Assembly (NCBI RefSeq): GCF_009834535.1
Contig: NC_045697.1
Location: 56,546,001 to 56,610,000 of the forward strand
Reading direction: 5' to 3'
Length of the DNA stretch: 64,000 nt
Source: Camelus ferus
Taxonomy: Eukaryota
Below, in pieces: positions 39,796 to 53,112 of the stretch. Below the pieces are notes generated by a model that saw only the letters and a list, made by a program, of their open reading frames with translations, was not told the origin of the DNA and made no database searches. The position numbers were made by a program, and so were the translations under genes. Position 1 is the stretch's first letter. Each line of letters starts with the position of its first letter.

Positions 39796-39822
39796 TGTGT
39801 GTGTGTGTGTGTGTGTGTGTGT
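39796..39822. repeat. (TG)n microsatellite
   Basis: about 13 TG units. Confidence 0.97.
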
Positions 39823-42800
39823 ATAGTTTAGTCAGGAAGAAAAATCATACTCCAGTTTGAGGGGACAGAGAGTACAGAGGCTTGAAGCAGCATTGAGCAC
39901 AGAGATCTTACATTCTGATCCCTCTCTTGACTTAGTGATGCTCTGATATGTTTGTACCACCCAACACAAAAACCTTTTCACCTTGACAGATTACTTTGTG
40001 AAAACTTTATTCTTGAAATATCTGCCAATTTAGTAGTTGCTTAAAGTGAAAGTAATTGTAAATGAAATCTGGAGTAATTTATTACTGTATAAAACTACAC
40101 TATATTTTTCAGCAAGTGAAATGTCTTCAGCTGTATATTTGTATAAAATAAAAGCCTATTTAACTTAAATGTTCTATATCTATTATCCAGGTGACTTTTT
40201 GCTGAGTTTTGAATACTAGATATAGATTTAAACACTATTACTATGGTTTTTATTTTGATAGCCTATAAGACAGTAGGTGTTCAGGTAATATCATTTTTTG
40301 TCAAAACAAAATTTTAATTTCTAAAGAGGCTTTGGAAGGTTTATACTCTACTAAATATGTCATGTTATGAACTAGTATTTTACTAGCTAGGTTTTATCAC
40401 AGTTTACCATCTTGGCAAAGGCACATGTCTATCATTTTTGATAAATCTTTCCTTTCCTAAGATCTTTTAACCCAGAGCTGGAGTTGATGCCATTCGTCTT
40501 TCACACTAGCTTAACACCTTGACTAGTTTGAACCTTGCAGGAGGCCGTCAGGGAAACCAAGGGTGTATTAGGAATCTCTGTTGAGATTCAGCTAACAGTG
40601 TTCTTCTCTCTTTCTCTTTTTTTCTTATAAAGTATTTAAATAAAACTCAAGAAAAGTGTTTGAAGTACCGTCTTCTCAACAAAGAAGCAGTCCAGGAGTT
40701 TTGATAGTGTAGTATTTAAGAATCTTTGAGAATTCATATTGATAATGTTGAGATTTAGGGTTGAAATCTACTTGCAGAAGATTTACATTCTTGTATGTTT
40801 AATACACATTTTATAGGTTTGTTAACACAAAAGGAAGTATGTTTTGTTGTGCACGTGAGTCCAAGAATTGCCTTGAGATGAATGAATTATCTTAACTACA
40901 TTTTTACACAGAGATTTTTAACGTCATTACAGAAACTGGTATTGGATCACTTAGAATTTTAGTTCTAGAATAAAAATTAAAAGACAAGATAAAGACCTTC
41001 ATTTGATAAGAATTCTATTAGAGATGTCTGAGGTAACAAATTTAGAACAAATGGAATTAGAGAACAAGTTCACAGATGAAAAAGTACCTATTCTACAACC
41101 CAAGTATGCATATTGATGTGCTTATTGAATTTGAAAGATACTCAATAATGATTATTACTGTTAGTGTCCCTGTTGTTATGGAAATTAAGTGATGAGATTA
41201 GCAGAGTTAACAGAAAATCCCTTTTTTTCTCATATCATTTGCTTGGTGAAGATAATTTTTTCCAGCAATAAACATAGTAACTGGGAAAATAACTGTATTT
41301 TCTTGACTAACTACATGTGGAAAAAATAAAATATAGAAAGAACATCTGAAGAACAGTTAGGTGAAGAAGAAGGTTATTCGGTATGAAAAGAAAAAGGAAT
41401 AGAAGCAGAAAATTTTTAGGTCTTTTTCTATTGACTCATATACAAAAGATGAAGGCACTGGACACAAAACTTAAGATTTTCTTATTTATATTTGGCCACT
41501 TCTATTGATTCCAGGTTTTCTCCTTTAGATATTTGTTGATATAAAGCCCACAACACAAGTTGTGTTTCACAGTCTGATGTAACCAATTTTATAAACACAT
41601 ACACATGAATTTTTAAACAGCACGTGAAGTGTGAATGAAGAATCTATTTTAATTTGCCCCCATAGCTGAAGCCTTAAATCTCATGGTTGATTACAATTAG
41701 ACTTTTATTAAGCATGACAATTTATATTCAAGGAGTAGGGAATCAGACCTCCACTCAAAGTTTGTCTAAATGCTCCCTTCTAACCAAACTGGAGGAGAGG
41801 ACCATGCCAACTTTCCCAGCCGTCATCCGCTCATCATCCTCCGAGCCTTTGCTGCTATCCAATCTCCTTCTCACTCTGGTAGCTTGATGTCTTAACGGTT
41901 CTAATTATTAGATAATAACACTTGGCTTATAAATTTCCTCAGCTTCTTCAGAATTGTCAGTCAAGACCGATATTGTAAAAAATTGTTTCAGGAATGTCTA
42001 TGAAATATGCCTATACAGGTGAACTTTAAGAATACCTTAAACTCTCTCAATGCAAACCAATATATTTTTCCATGTTCTCTTAATAAACATAGTTTTCACC
42101 AGTTTTAACAATTTCACATTATTTCCTGCAGTAATCAGAGTTTTTCCAATGTATAATTTGTAAAATGTTGTTCTAGGTATTGACTGACAAAGCTTCCAAT
42201 GAATGAAAAGATTTTAAACATTTGTGAAACCCTAAAGTGATTTATTATTACATTAAGTCTGTTTAAATCATTTTAAAAGTCAGAATTTAATTAGAAAATA
42301 AATATTAAAATTTCTGCTAGAAGTAAAATAGCTAGGGATCAACAAATCCATTAAAAACATAGAAGTATAATATTGATGAGATTCCATCTCACTATTTCAA
42401 GCATTAGAAACTTTTTTCATAATGGTTCTGAGAGAAATTAAAATAGTATTGAACCCTTTAGAGGTGTCCTATGTGAAAAAAAAAATAACCATAACTTTCA
42501 AGATAATTCCTTGGCTCAAATTTATTGGATATTTAACTACTAATCTGTTACTACTTTTTTTCAGAGCAATTGCATGACTGGAGGAATAGAAATCTACATG
42601 AATCTGAACACTATTTTCTTGTTTTCTCCAAAGTTCGTAATACAAAGTAGCTGTCACAGCATGAATCACTTCTAATAACATTTGGCAATTTGAGAAAATT
42701 GCTGACCACACAGTAGTTGTTTCAGTATCAGCAGGGATTTTTGTGGCCTTTCAATTAAAAATAATCATTCTAAATAGTTATATTTTGATACTTTTCTTAC

Positions 42801-43400
42801 TCACGTATTTTAAAAATGGTGTTATAATGCTCTTACAATTAACAGTAATGGTTTCTTTTTAAAAAAAATAAGTTATCTATAAAAGAGGGGTGGTTAAAAT
42901 ACCTATCTGTTAACTGCTTTTTCTGTGATTATTATTGGGAGATATTTGAATAAGGGCTATAATAAACTTTGAACTCATTTGGGACAAATGTTCATTAAAT
43001 TCTAGAGCAGGATTAGTAAGAATGGCAACAAAAATACACTTGCACTTATTTACAAGCATGGTTTTGGAGAGAGACAGTCCAAACTATGCACATTCACTTT
43101 TTATAATGGCAATTTTTATATTTATTAAAAACTCTCATTTTTCTATTCTACAATTTCTTTAGATTGAAGGTAATTCCAACCATTGAAAAATACACTTTAA
43201 GAAAGTGTCTAAATGACTATCACTTTCATTCTATTACCATGATACCACCAGAAATACAATGGGAATTTTTGTGAAGGAAAAAAAAAGTTAAAATATTGTT
43301 CCCAAATTCAACCATTTGATTCATACATCTATGATATTTATGTATCTGCAGATATCCTGTAATGTATTTATTTATTTTTAAATTATATTAACTTAGATTT

Positions 43401-44068
43401 TGTCAAGAGCTGAGACAAAGAGGGAGAAGAGAGGATGAAGAGAGAGAAAAAAGAGAGAGGAAATGCAGGAGTGAGCTGAGCTGGCAGATGGTCAGTTAGG
43501 GCAACAAGCCAACTGAAGGCCTTTATTCACTTGCTACAATCTTGTAACCAAAAGGCCAGAAATGAGTCAACATCCTCAGTGTTCTGTGCAGCCCGCCTAA
43601 TGGCAGATGATAGGGCTGGAGGGGTTCTCACTGTGCACTAAGACCAGAACAGAAGACTTCTGATGTTTTTGGACCCAGGGACCAGGAATAGGGAGAGGAA
43701 GAAAAAAATCAGGAGTGGAAAAGTACTAAGTCGTGGGGAATGCTGTCTCTGTAGACTTTCCATAAGTCCCCAGAAGCCTTGACCCAGGGTCCCCAAGAAC
43801 CGGGCCTCAAATGGAGGTGTCTGCATTAGGAATCCCAATGGCATTAAGAGTATGGCTAGCCAGGGAATGGGGAGCTGAGTGAACCTCTGACTGCAGCTCT
43901 CTTCAGAGACTGCAATGTCCTGGCTGTGCATCACATTTATTGTAGGGAGGGTAGCTTTCTCCAGTGAGGCCTGCCAGGTAGAGCTTTTATAACTGACCAT
44001 GGTAATTACATGGATAATAGCACACAGAATTGTAGCTTGCAGCCTGATTCCTCTGATTTCATTTAAAC
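43401..44068 (-). mobile_element. Old LTR-like element, family unassigned
   Basis: GC-richer block starting TGTC, TTTATT ~120 bp inside, ending ...AAACA; boundaries approximate. Confidence 0.45.
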
Positions 44069-44139
44069 AAGGAAAATTTATAACTATCATAAATGAAAAA
44101 CCATGTCACTTTCCAAAATTAATTAGGATAAATACATAA

Positions 44140-44745
44140 CTAATCAATTTTTTGTTCAAATTATTGTGTAATATTTAAGAAATATTTGTTTAACACAAAG
44201 TCATAAACGTTCTTCCTATGTTTTCTCCTAGTTTTTTTTTTTTTAGTTTTAGCTATTATATTTAGATCTATGATCTATTTTGGGTAATATTTTTTATAGT
44301 GTGAAGAAGATACATTTCTTTCAAATGGATTTACACTGTTCTAGGAAGAACAATGTTGAGAAAACTGTCTTTTCCCCACTGAATTACTTTGGTACTTTTC
44401 TTAAAGACCAATCGAGCAGATAAGAGTGGATCTATTTCTGGACCTCCTATTTGGTTCTATATGTCTGCACAATCTATTTTTCTATCCTTATTGACATGAT
44501 TACTGTGGTATTATTGTGAGCCTTGTAATCTGTCATTCAAATTGTTCTACCATTCAAAATATCTTTGGCTAGTAGATATCATTTTAGAATGAGCTCGTTC
44601 ATCTGTACAACATAATGTTGTTGGATTTTTATTGAGTTTGCTTCGAATCCATAGATCAGTTTGGGAAGAACTGACATCTCAACAATATTGAATTTCTCTG
44701 ACCTGTGAACATACTATACATCTCTGTTTAAGACTTCTTTAGACT
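44140..44745 (-). mobile_element. Old L1M ORF2 fragment
   Basis: TTTAGATCTATGATCTATTTTG, CTTTTCCCCACTGAATTACTTTGG, GAATCCATAGATCAGTTTGGGAAGAACTGACATC. Confidence 0.88.
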
Positions 44746-45452
44746 TTAGTGAGCTAATTTGCAGACTGATGATCATTAATACATTGTTTCTGTGAGAGAA
44801 TATGTCACAGACTCAAAAAAATGAAAAAAAACCTTTACATATATTTGGATAGAATTAGCTTTAAGGGTCTATAGTTCCTATTTTATTTAGTTAAATGTCA
44901 CAAATGGCATTATGACTATTGTGAGAATATTCATTACAACCAATAACTGATCTTAGGTTTTTTTATTCAGAAAATAAAAATTTGGCTTTACAAATAATGA
45001 ATTTTAAAACATTTTAATATGTATGGGGAAAGCAAGAATTATCAACTTTAAAAAATGACGTGAGAACTGCAAATAATACACTGAAAACCCATTTTACTGA
45101 TCACGAAGTGTTAAAGTGCCTACCTGATATTCTCAAGGAGAAAAAATCTGACATCACAAGGAAGCAGAAAGTGATGGTTGTCCCATGCCAAACCTATTTT
45201 AATTTTATTTTTTGCTGCAGAAGATGATAATTACGAATTTTAAGTTTTGTCCATAGATTATTTTTGTAATGAAATGGGCATTTCTGTAAAAATACTCATG
45301 ATAAACTTATTTGGGAGATAAGAATGCGAGAATTCTGAGAAAGCTGAAAATAGATTTGAAAGGTACTCCTTTAAGTAAAGGAACTAGATAAAGCATTTAA
45401 TTTCATTAACAGATGCTCCCTTATTTTATTTTATCTTATGTTTTTAATTTCA

Positions 45453-45457
<5 letters not shown>

Positions 45458-45493
<36 letters not shown>
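45458..45493. repeat. (GT)n microsatellite
   Basis: about 18 GT units. Confidence 0.98.
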
Positions 45494-45497
<4 letters not shown>

Positions 45498-45575
45498 CTG
45501 TGTGACCAAACTTATTTCAGTTGGTAAGATAAGGATGTTGAATCAACGTTAATTGTCATCCTAAGAACAGCTAAT

Positions 45576-46016
45576 GCTGTTCCGTGTTTTTGGTACCAAG
45601 TTACCACAGATCAAGGAGCCCTGAATGTGGTACCAACTGAAGAGGAGAGATTATCTCCTGTACCTATGCACTATCCTAGCAATAGAACACAGAAATGTGG
45701 GCAACTATGCCCCCTGGGGTGGTTTTTGACCAGTAGTAAGTAGGGGGTGGGAGGGAGCCAACTGATCATTTCTTCTTCCTCCTTCCAACAATAAACTCTA
45801 CAGCTTTTCAGAATACAGTGATTGAATAATCAACTGCATTTGATAAGAAGCTGTGGCCAGTTCACTAATGTACTTCCTTCTATTTTTTCCTCCTCTTTCT
45901 TTGCCTCACATCCCTTTTACTCTTTTTCCTATTTCTTTGGCATTGCACTGCAAAGAAGCATCCACATGTAAGCCTTTGAATCTGACTCTCTTTTATAGAG
46001 GACTGAGGCTAAGACA
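45576..46016 (+). mobile_element. ERVL solo LTR (LTR33-like)
   Basis: GCCTCACATCCCTTTT...CATTGCAC...GTAAGCCTTTG...GGCTAAGACA end. Confidence 0.7.
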
Positions 46017-47540
46017 AATGGTAAATTAAAATATATTTAAAGTTTCAACCTACAATTTTCACTGGATTTTACTTTCTGGTGTTTGATATTTGGAAACTGC
46101 TCTTTTTGAAAGTTGCTGTAACATAGAATATGGCCAGTTCAAAGATGGGTTTAGATTTCTTCAAATTTCTGTCAGTCCCACATGGACCTGAAAACAATAT
46201 TCACAATCCCTTCTAATTCTTCATAAAAAATATACACAATATGCAGGAAGGAAAATCTTTAAAATCACTTGGAGCAGTTTATCCACAGTTAAAACCACAC
46301 GATGACTTTATATGCTCCATAGTCACTCACAAGATCTTTATCCTCACGGCTCTCTTAGCCAGAGCTAGGCTTTATTTAACTTTTTGGTTTCTTAATGCTT
46401 ATTCTGTCCTCACATATTTTCATATTTTCCTCATAAAACTTTTTTTCTTTAGATCTAAGATAATTTTTCTTTTCAGCAGAAAGTGATTTCTTTCTTTCGT
46501 TTCTGTAATACCATTTACATTTGTTTGGTCTGTTTAAAATAGATTCCTTTTTTTGTCTTTTAGTCTTTCTCTCTTTTTTTCTGTCTCTGCCTTTCTTCTC
46601 TCCTCCTCTCACATTCAATTACATTTTTTCTTTGTTAAAGCATTAAAGTAATAGTAAAAAGACATTTTGATGTGACATAGATACCTAATTCTTAATATTT
46701 CTCCATTATTTTCTTTCAATGAATTTTTCTATATAACAAAACAGAAAATTAGAATGCATGCAAAACTAATGAAAAAAATGTATTCTACTTGGTCTACTTC
46801 AAACAACCTAGAAAAAAGCAGCATTTTTATTCAAATTACAAACCATGTTATCCTTTATTATATTCATTTCCAATTGAAATGCTTTTCTAATTTCCCAGAA
46901 TATGTTTCTTAAAACTTGAACTTTTAAATATAGAAATAATATAAATTTCAATAGTCTCGTATCAAATATATTTCACTCTTAACACATGCATTTTACAAAA
47001 ACCTCTTTCTTTTTTGCTATATTATTGCCAAAATGGAAATACTAGTATTAAAATGTCTTCTTTTTATATTCCCAGCCAGACCTGGTCCAATTTACATGTG
47101 AAATCTTGCAAACAATTCCATTAGATAACAGTTTATACCATGTTTTAAATCTGAATTTCTAAATAGTTTGATCAAAACTTTGAGTTGAATGTAATAAAAC
47201 TTTAATACATACTAGTGATACAATCATATATCTCCGAGAATATCACATTACCTAATCCTGCAAGTTTTGCTACTGTGTGCCTTCTTATTTTAACAGTTTA
47301 AAATAGATATCTGTGTATTTGATGTTTTGTACCGTGCTTCCATTTAAACTAATAAACTTCACAAACTTCATAACCAAATGAAATGGCCTTTCGATCACCA
47401 ACCAGACTGCATGAAAATTAAACAAAACACAAAAAGTACTACTAAATGAGGTCTGTAAATTGGATTACATTACCATTAAGCACTTCTGAATTTCCCTGGG
47501 TAATTTTTAATCTCCTTAAATCCACCACCTACAATAAAAA

Positions 47541-48163
47541 AGTATTTCAGTTATTGAGTGCTATATAACAAAACTCCCTAGGACTTAGTGGCTTAAAACA
47601 TATATATATATATATATATTTTTTTTCTCATGAATCTGCAATTTGGGCAGGAATTGGCAATAAAAACTCACTTCTACTCTACTCATTATCAGCTGGGCAG
47701 CTCAAACACTGGGAGCTGGAATTATCTAAAAGTTTCCTCACTTCATTTGCATATTTAGCAGTTGCTGTTGGCTGTCAGCTGAGACTTACCTGGGGGTGGC
47801 AGTCGTAATGCCTGCAAATGCCCTCACATGTGCTCTCGGGTGTGGGATTGCCCAGAACATGCTGGCTATCTTCCAAGGACAAACAATGGAGAGACAGAGA
47901 GGCATGGGGACAGAGACAGATATTGACAGAGAGAAAATGTGAGCAAGGAAGAACTCACATTGACTTTTATGATCTTGACTCTTGACTTGGAAGTCACACA
48001 GCATCACTTAGATCACATCTTAAGACAGTCACATGTCTCAGTGAAGATGAAGAGAGGAAAGGGAATACTAGACTCTAGCTTTTGATGGTAAATGACAAGG
48101 TTCTGGAAGTCCATATAAGATGGTATTGTTGTGAACATTTTTGAAAAATATTAATCTGTCACA
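47541..48163 (-). mobile_element. MaLR solo LTR (MLT1F/G-like) with internal (TA)n
   Basis: ACTTAGTGGCTTAAAACA, TCTCATGAATCTGCAATTTGGGCAGG, TTGGAAGTCACACAGCATCACTT, ends AATCTGTCACA. Confidence 0.9.
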
Positions 48164-49663
48164 TGTAGCAAGTAGACTGGAAAAAAGAAAATGATGAAAA
48201 AAACACCTCCACAGCAAAACTAAATGATAAAGTGTCCTAACTATGAGTAGACATGTTTACTAACACTGGGAAAAAGCCTTGTGGTCTTTGCCAACTGTGT
48301 AAAAGGAAGCAGAGGATGGGCAGAGTTCTGATGAGCCTGAGAGCTGGAGAACCAAAAATCAAGTTTCAAAAGGCACTAAGTCACAAATCGAAAGATTCTC
48401 CATTTGGGAAAAAAAAATCCAGAAAACCTGAAAATGAGTTGCAGTGTTCTTCAGGCTGCGATTGCATGAGTGCAAGAAAACTGCAGAAATGGCAGATGCA
48501 GGAAAACTCCAGAACTGGCCCTCCGAATACTTAAAAATTCACTGAAGCCTTCTTTCAAGACAAAGTCCTGTTCTGAGGAAGATCTGCTGAATAGAATCTA
48601 TATTTAACTACATAGAAACACAAGAGACAAAGGAAAGAGAATGTCCAGAAAAAAACAGGAGAGGGGAGCAGAGAAAGACAGCATAGAATGTAAAAGGGCA
48701 TATTTTTGGACACGTTACATTAACAATAGCAATGGGAGTCCAAGAGTCGTGAAACAAGGAAAGTTAGTCTAGCTTACTTCCCTTGCTTGAGAATGTATTT
48801 TTAAAGAAAATCTTGAGTAATAGAGTTGGCTAAAAAATGTATACTTCAAACTTTGTAAGAGTAGGGCTGGAATTAAAAACAGCTGGAAATTGCAAGCATT
48901 TTAGAGTCATCTATTTACAAAGGCAATAGCTGCAATCATCACAACTTTTCTTAACTACTGATTAAAACTTTTATTACATAATAATTAATTAGAAGCTTAG
49001 ATTACTAATTACCTGAAAGATACATTTTACATTTCTTTAATGAAGACTCATACCAATTCAAATCACTAATTTCACCAATTAGATAAATGCATTTTTTTCT
49101 ATTCAGAGAAGCTAATTTTAACAAGACTTATTTTTACATAAACTTGTATGTATATTAAATCTTGCCACCTGAAATTTATCTTTACAAGATTAATACCTGA
49201 TATAGCTATGATTATCCTAAATTTGAAATAAATATTACAAAGGACTTTGAGTATTTTTGATTATTTAGTTTCATGAAGTTTAAAATGCCTTTTTTTTTTT
49301 AGCTCTCCAAAAGTGCTATTAATGATTCTCTCTCCAACTGCCCCCTCTATTAATAGGAAAGAGAAGATGTTTATTGAAATGTCACAATTTTCCAAGTAAA
49401 ACATCTGATATTGTTTATAGTTACTCCACTGTTTAGGGAAATTAATTTTAACCTTTAATAGCCCCTTTATCCAGCAAGAAAATGTCAATTGTCTCATTTA
49501 AAAGAGCTTAACCTTTTCTACCTTTACTTGCAAGTGGAAAGTTCAATTGATTTAGAATAATTTACAGAGATGTGTTTGTTTACCATGGGTAAAAACACTA
49601 GAAACACAAACACTTTTACATTCTACAAAACTATAACTTCATTATCAATAAGATCCTATGGAC

Positions 49664-49722
49664 AGAGGTCAATTGGAAGGGAAGTTAGCAATTAGAGGTC
49701 AATTAGAAGAGAAGTTAACAAT
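49664..49722. repeat. 30-bp tandem duplication
   Basis: AGAGGTCAATTGGAAGGGAAGTTAGCAATT / AGAGGTCAATTAGAAGAGAAGTTAACAAT, 3 G/A differences. Confidence 0.9.
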
Positions 49723-51049
49723 GCCATAAGGCTGTAGCTGGTACCCCAGCTGGGGACATTGTTTAAAAGAGATGGGGAAAAATGAGCAATAATTGAAATA
49801 TGGTCATGTAGATAGTGCCCTTCCAATTATTTTCCTTTGGGTTTTCTTGCCATATGTTCATATTTCAAATGAAAGAAGTAGTTGCATCTAATAAATATTA
49901 TAAAGTGATCAATATTTGACTTATATGGAAGGGTACTCTCCTCCATCATTTTGTGGACATCCTTCAAACTACATTAAGTGACAAAGAAGTTTCACAGCCA
50001 GATGGATTATGGGCAATGCTGAGTTAACAGACATTTGTTCTAGTCTTTATTGGCATAAGTGTTAATGGACTTGAAAATCAATTGGTTGCTGTCACTCGTG
50101 CTTTAATTATATATAGGCACCTATTTCTCTTTTCTCTCCTCCCTTTTCGTGGTTCCCTAAAGATAAGACTGAAGTCCTGCACTTCACCTTCCAAAGAATT
50201 ACAATGTGGCTCTTCTGTAACTTTCTCATCTCTGTTTAGGGAAAGGTTGTAGATGTGTGATGCTCTAAGGCATGAATGTAGGCGCTGAAAGTCTTTTCTT
50301 TTGAAATGGGAGGATTGTCCTCACACTGGGTTAAAATAAAATGTTTTCTTTGCTTATTTTCTCTATCATCCAGAAGCTAGGTCATTCCTGGAAGAGATTT
50401 CTGGTATTTCATCTAGGCATAACACCTTAGACTTAATTTTTCACTTTAGGAAAATTATGTTGTTCTTATACCAACATAGTGTGTCCAAAATGATGTGGCT
50501 CCTCTGGTAATTATATGATAACTTGGTTTCCAGTTTAGGTATGTCATCAATTGTCCACTTGGTAAAGTGTACATATAAGCTCCAAAGCATTTTTATTTTA
50601 AGATAAAGAAAACATATTGCCCCTGAAATAGTCCATCGTGTCATAAGCTTGCATCTACCAAGTTATTATGTCCTTAGCACACCGAGTTAGTGTAGAGAGG
50701 ATATATTTTAACAATGAAACTAAGACTAGATTCTATCTTCAAAGAGTTGTTTAGCTTAACAGAACAGGTCAGAGTATGCAAAACAACAGGGAATCCAACA
50801 AGAAATATAAATACTGATATTGGGCAAGAGTGAAAAAGAAGGCTCAGGGTGCTCTAGGATGCTGGAAAGCTTCCTATTGGTTCATTATACCTAATACTAA
50901 CAGCCTCAGCATCACAATTTTCCCCAGAGACCTGCAGGATAAATTCATCACACCCTACATTTTTCTTTCCACTAGTGTTCGAAGGAATACTTAAACCATC
51001 TGCCCGGTCAACCCACATCAGCTAGGCTGGCAGCTCCAACAAACTCTGA

Positions 51050-53112
51050 TATGTCTAATCTAACCCCATCTCCCACTCACACCTAAGTCCACAAAACCTT
51101 CTATTCCATCTGGAATTCACAACCTGCTATAAATAAAATTCCCTACATATCCAGTTTCCTTTGAAACATTCCTTTCCGCTTCTATTTTTTTGCTCTAACT
51201 GAATCTCTTGGAGATTCTAATTTCTCTTTTGTCCTTTCAAATATGACTGCTATTCCACATTCTTCATGTCACTGAGTCTGGAGATGATGAGACAGTCTAC
51301 ACTAGGCATCACTGTTGCTTCTAGAATGTTTGCCCTCTCTTGTCAATGGAAATGCCAGCCTTAAAGTACAGGCCATGGGATTATATTTTCCACTGCTGCT
51401 CCTTATAGCAATACCCACAGTCTCCCAAAGGCACTTTGTCTCTGTCTTTGACTATTTCAAAACCTAGTTTACGCTCACTCTCTCCAATGATATTCCTGTC
51501 ATAATTATTAATAATTTCAATTTCCACATAGACCATAACCTTGTCGTTAAAAATAGCTGTACTTTCTTCGTAATCTCATTTGCAAGCATTTCATTCTTGA
51601 AACACCCCTGCTGTTTTCCTACTTCTCTCCTTGGATTTCAACTTCAACTTTTCTTTGACTCTACTGGGACCTTCTTTCCAATGACCTAACAACATTTTAA
51701 TGTCCTTCACTCCCTTGTGTTCACATTCATGTTTACTTGGCTTTAAATTCCATGACCCATTAGAATAATTGCTTTCTTGCAGATAATTTTATCTCTGTTT
51801 CATCTCTCCACTCATACTTACCAGATAAATCTCAGACTGGCCAAAATTGTTTCTAAGTGCTTTTCTCTTGAACTCTAAAGCTAAATATCACTGGAGAAAT
51901 ACTCACAATGATGCCAACTCTTGTCTCTTTAATCATAATCAGTAATAAGTAGAATGTTAGTACTGCCTAACCATTTGACCCCATTTCCCTGGTTGTTAAA
52001 TTTCCTTCTCTCTGCATGACTATTTCATACTTTCCTCTTATCACACTTTCAACACAACATCTATCATTTACTCTCAGCTAATGATGTTGCTTCTTATTTC
52101 TTCCAGAAAAAGGAAACTGTTAAAAAAAATTCATAAACGTATTAAAACTACCATCCTATTGTCTCTGAATCCACATACTTCACTTTCACTATAGTGGATA
52201 GATTGCCCTTGTTCCTGTATAAAATCAGTCTTTCACTCCTGCCCTACATTCTTTCTCATCTTCCCTCCAGGAGGATATTGTACCATCATCTGCCATCTCT
52301 GTCAGTGAATTGTTATTTCTTCCCCTTCTCTACTGGAATTATCCCCAGGAACATACAAGTAGTCTTTAATATATCCTGTTTTAAGAAAGAAAAGAAAAAA
52401 CTTCCTAACTCCAACTATTGCTCCATTTATACCACGCCTCCCTTCACAGAAATTTTCTTAAATTTTTTTCTCTATTCACAATGCCCCACAGGAAGTGAGC
52501 CAGTAATTTTACTGGCTTCAGTTTATAAGTCAATACCATCTTGTTTCAGGAAGGTGTCATAACCCAACGGAATTGCTGGAACGGCCTCCTGATTGGTTTC
52601 CTAGAATCTAGTCCTGTCTTCATAGGCTGCTGCACAAAACAGCTAAGGTGACCCGTCCTATATGCCTAAGCATATCATTCATCTGCTAAAAATCACTTTA
52701 CTCCTACAATGATGTAAATAAACTCCATCATCTTCCCCTACTCTCTCTCTTGTTATTTTTCCTAATATTTTCCCTCACTTTCTCTTCTCAAGCTACTTTA
52801 GCCTCCAGCTTTAGGGCTTCTTTGCCCAAAATGCTTCCTCTAGATTTCCACATGATTATTCCCACATTTCTTTCAGGCCTCCGCTCAGATGTTACTTATA
52901 TGGGACCTCCTTATCATACTATATAAAATAGCCGTAACACTTCACTCTTTCCTGACCTCAGTTTTCTCTGGAGGACTTCTTACTCTCTGATGTATTATAT
53001 AATTACCTGCTTATTTGTTATTTTGGGGAGATGCTTGATCAGTTTTACTACTAAAACCCCTATAAAAGTGCCTAGTATATAGAGTATACTTTAAAATATC
53101 TGTTGAATAAAT
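51050..53112 (+). mobile_element. Long L2 LINE: endonuclease region plus 3' end, RT region apparently deleted
   Basis: IWNSQPAINKIPY (51108-), ALTE (51192-51203), PVIIINNFNFHID (51495-, degenerate GDFN motif); 3' end CTCAGATGTTAC...GTGCCTAG...TCTGTTGAATAAAT. Confidence 0.82.

Noticed and set aside
43638..44090. Longest ORF (150 aa, minus strand)
   Set aside because: Lies in an LTR-like block, has no recognisable domain and no supporting gene structure; probably a chance ORF
48180..48790. Purine-rich block containing ORF 48253-48534
   Set aside because: Probably a decayed L1/HAL1 5' region; cannot be assigned and shows no coding signal
52194..52562. 122-aa ORF
   Set aside because: Inside the decayed L2 element
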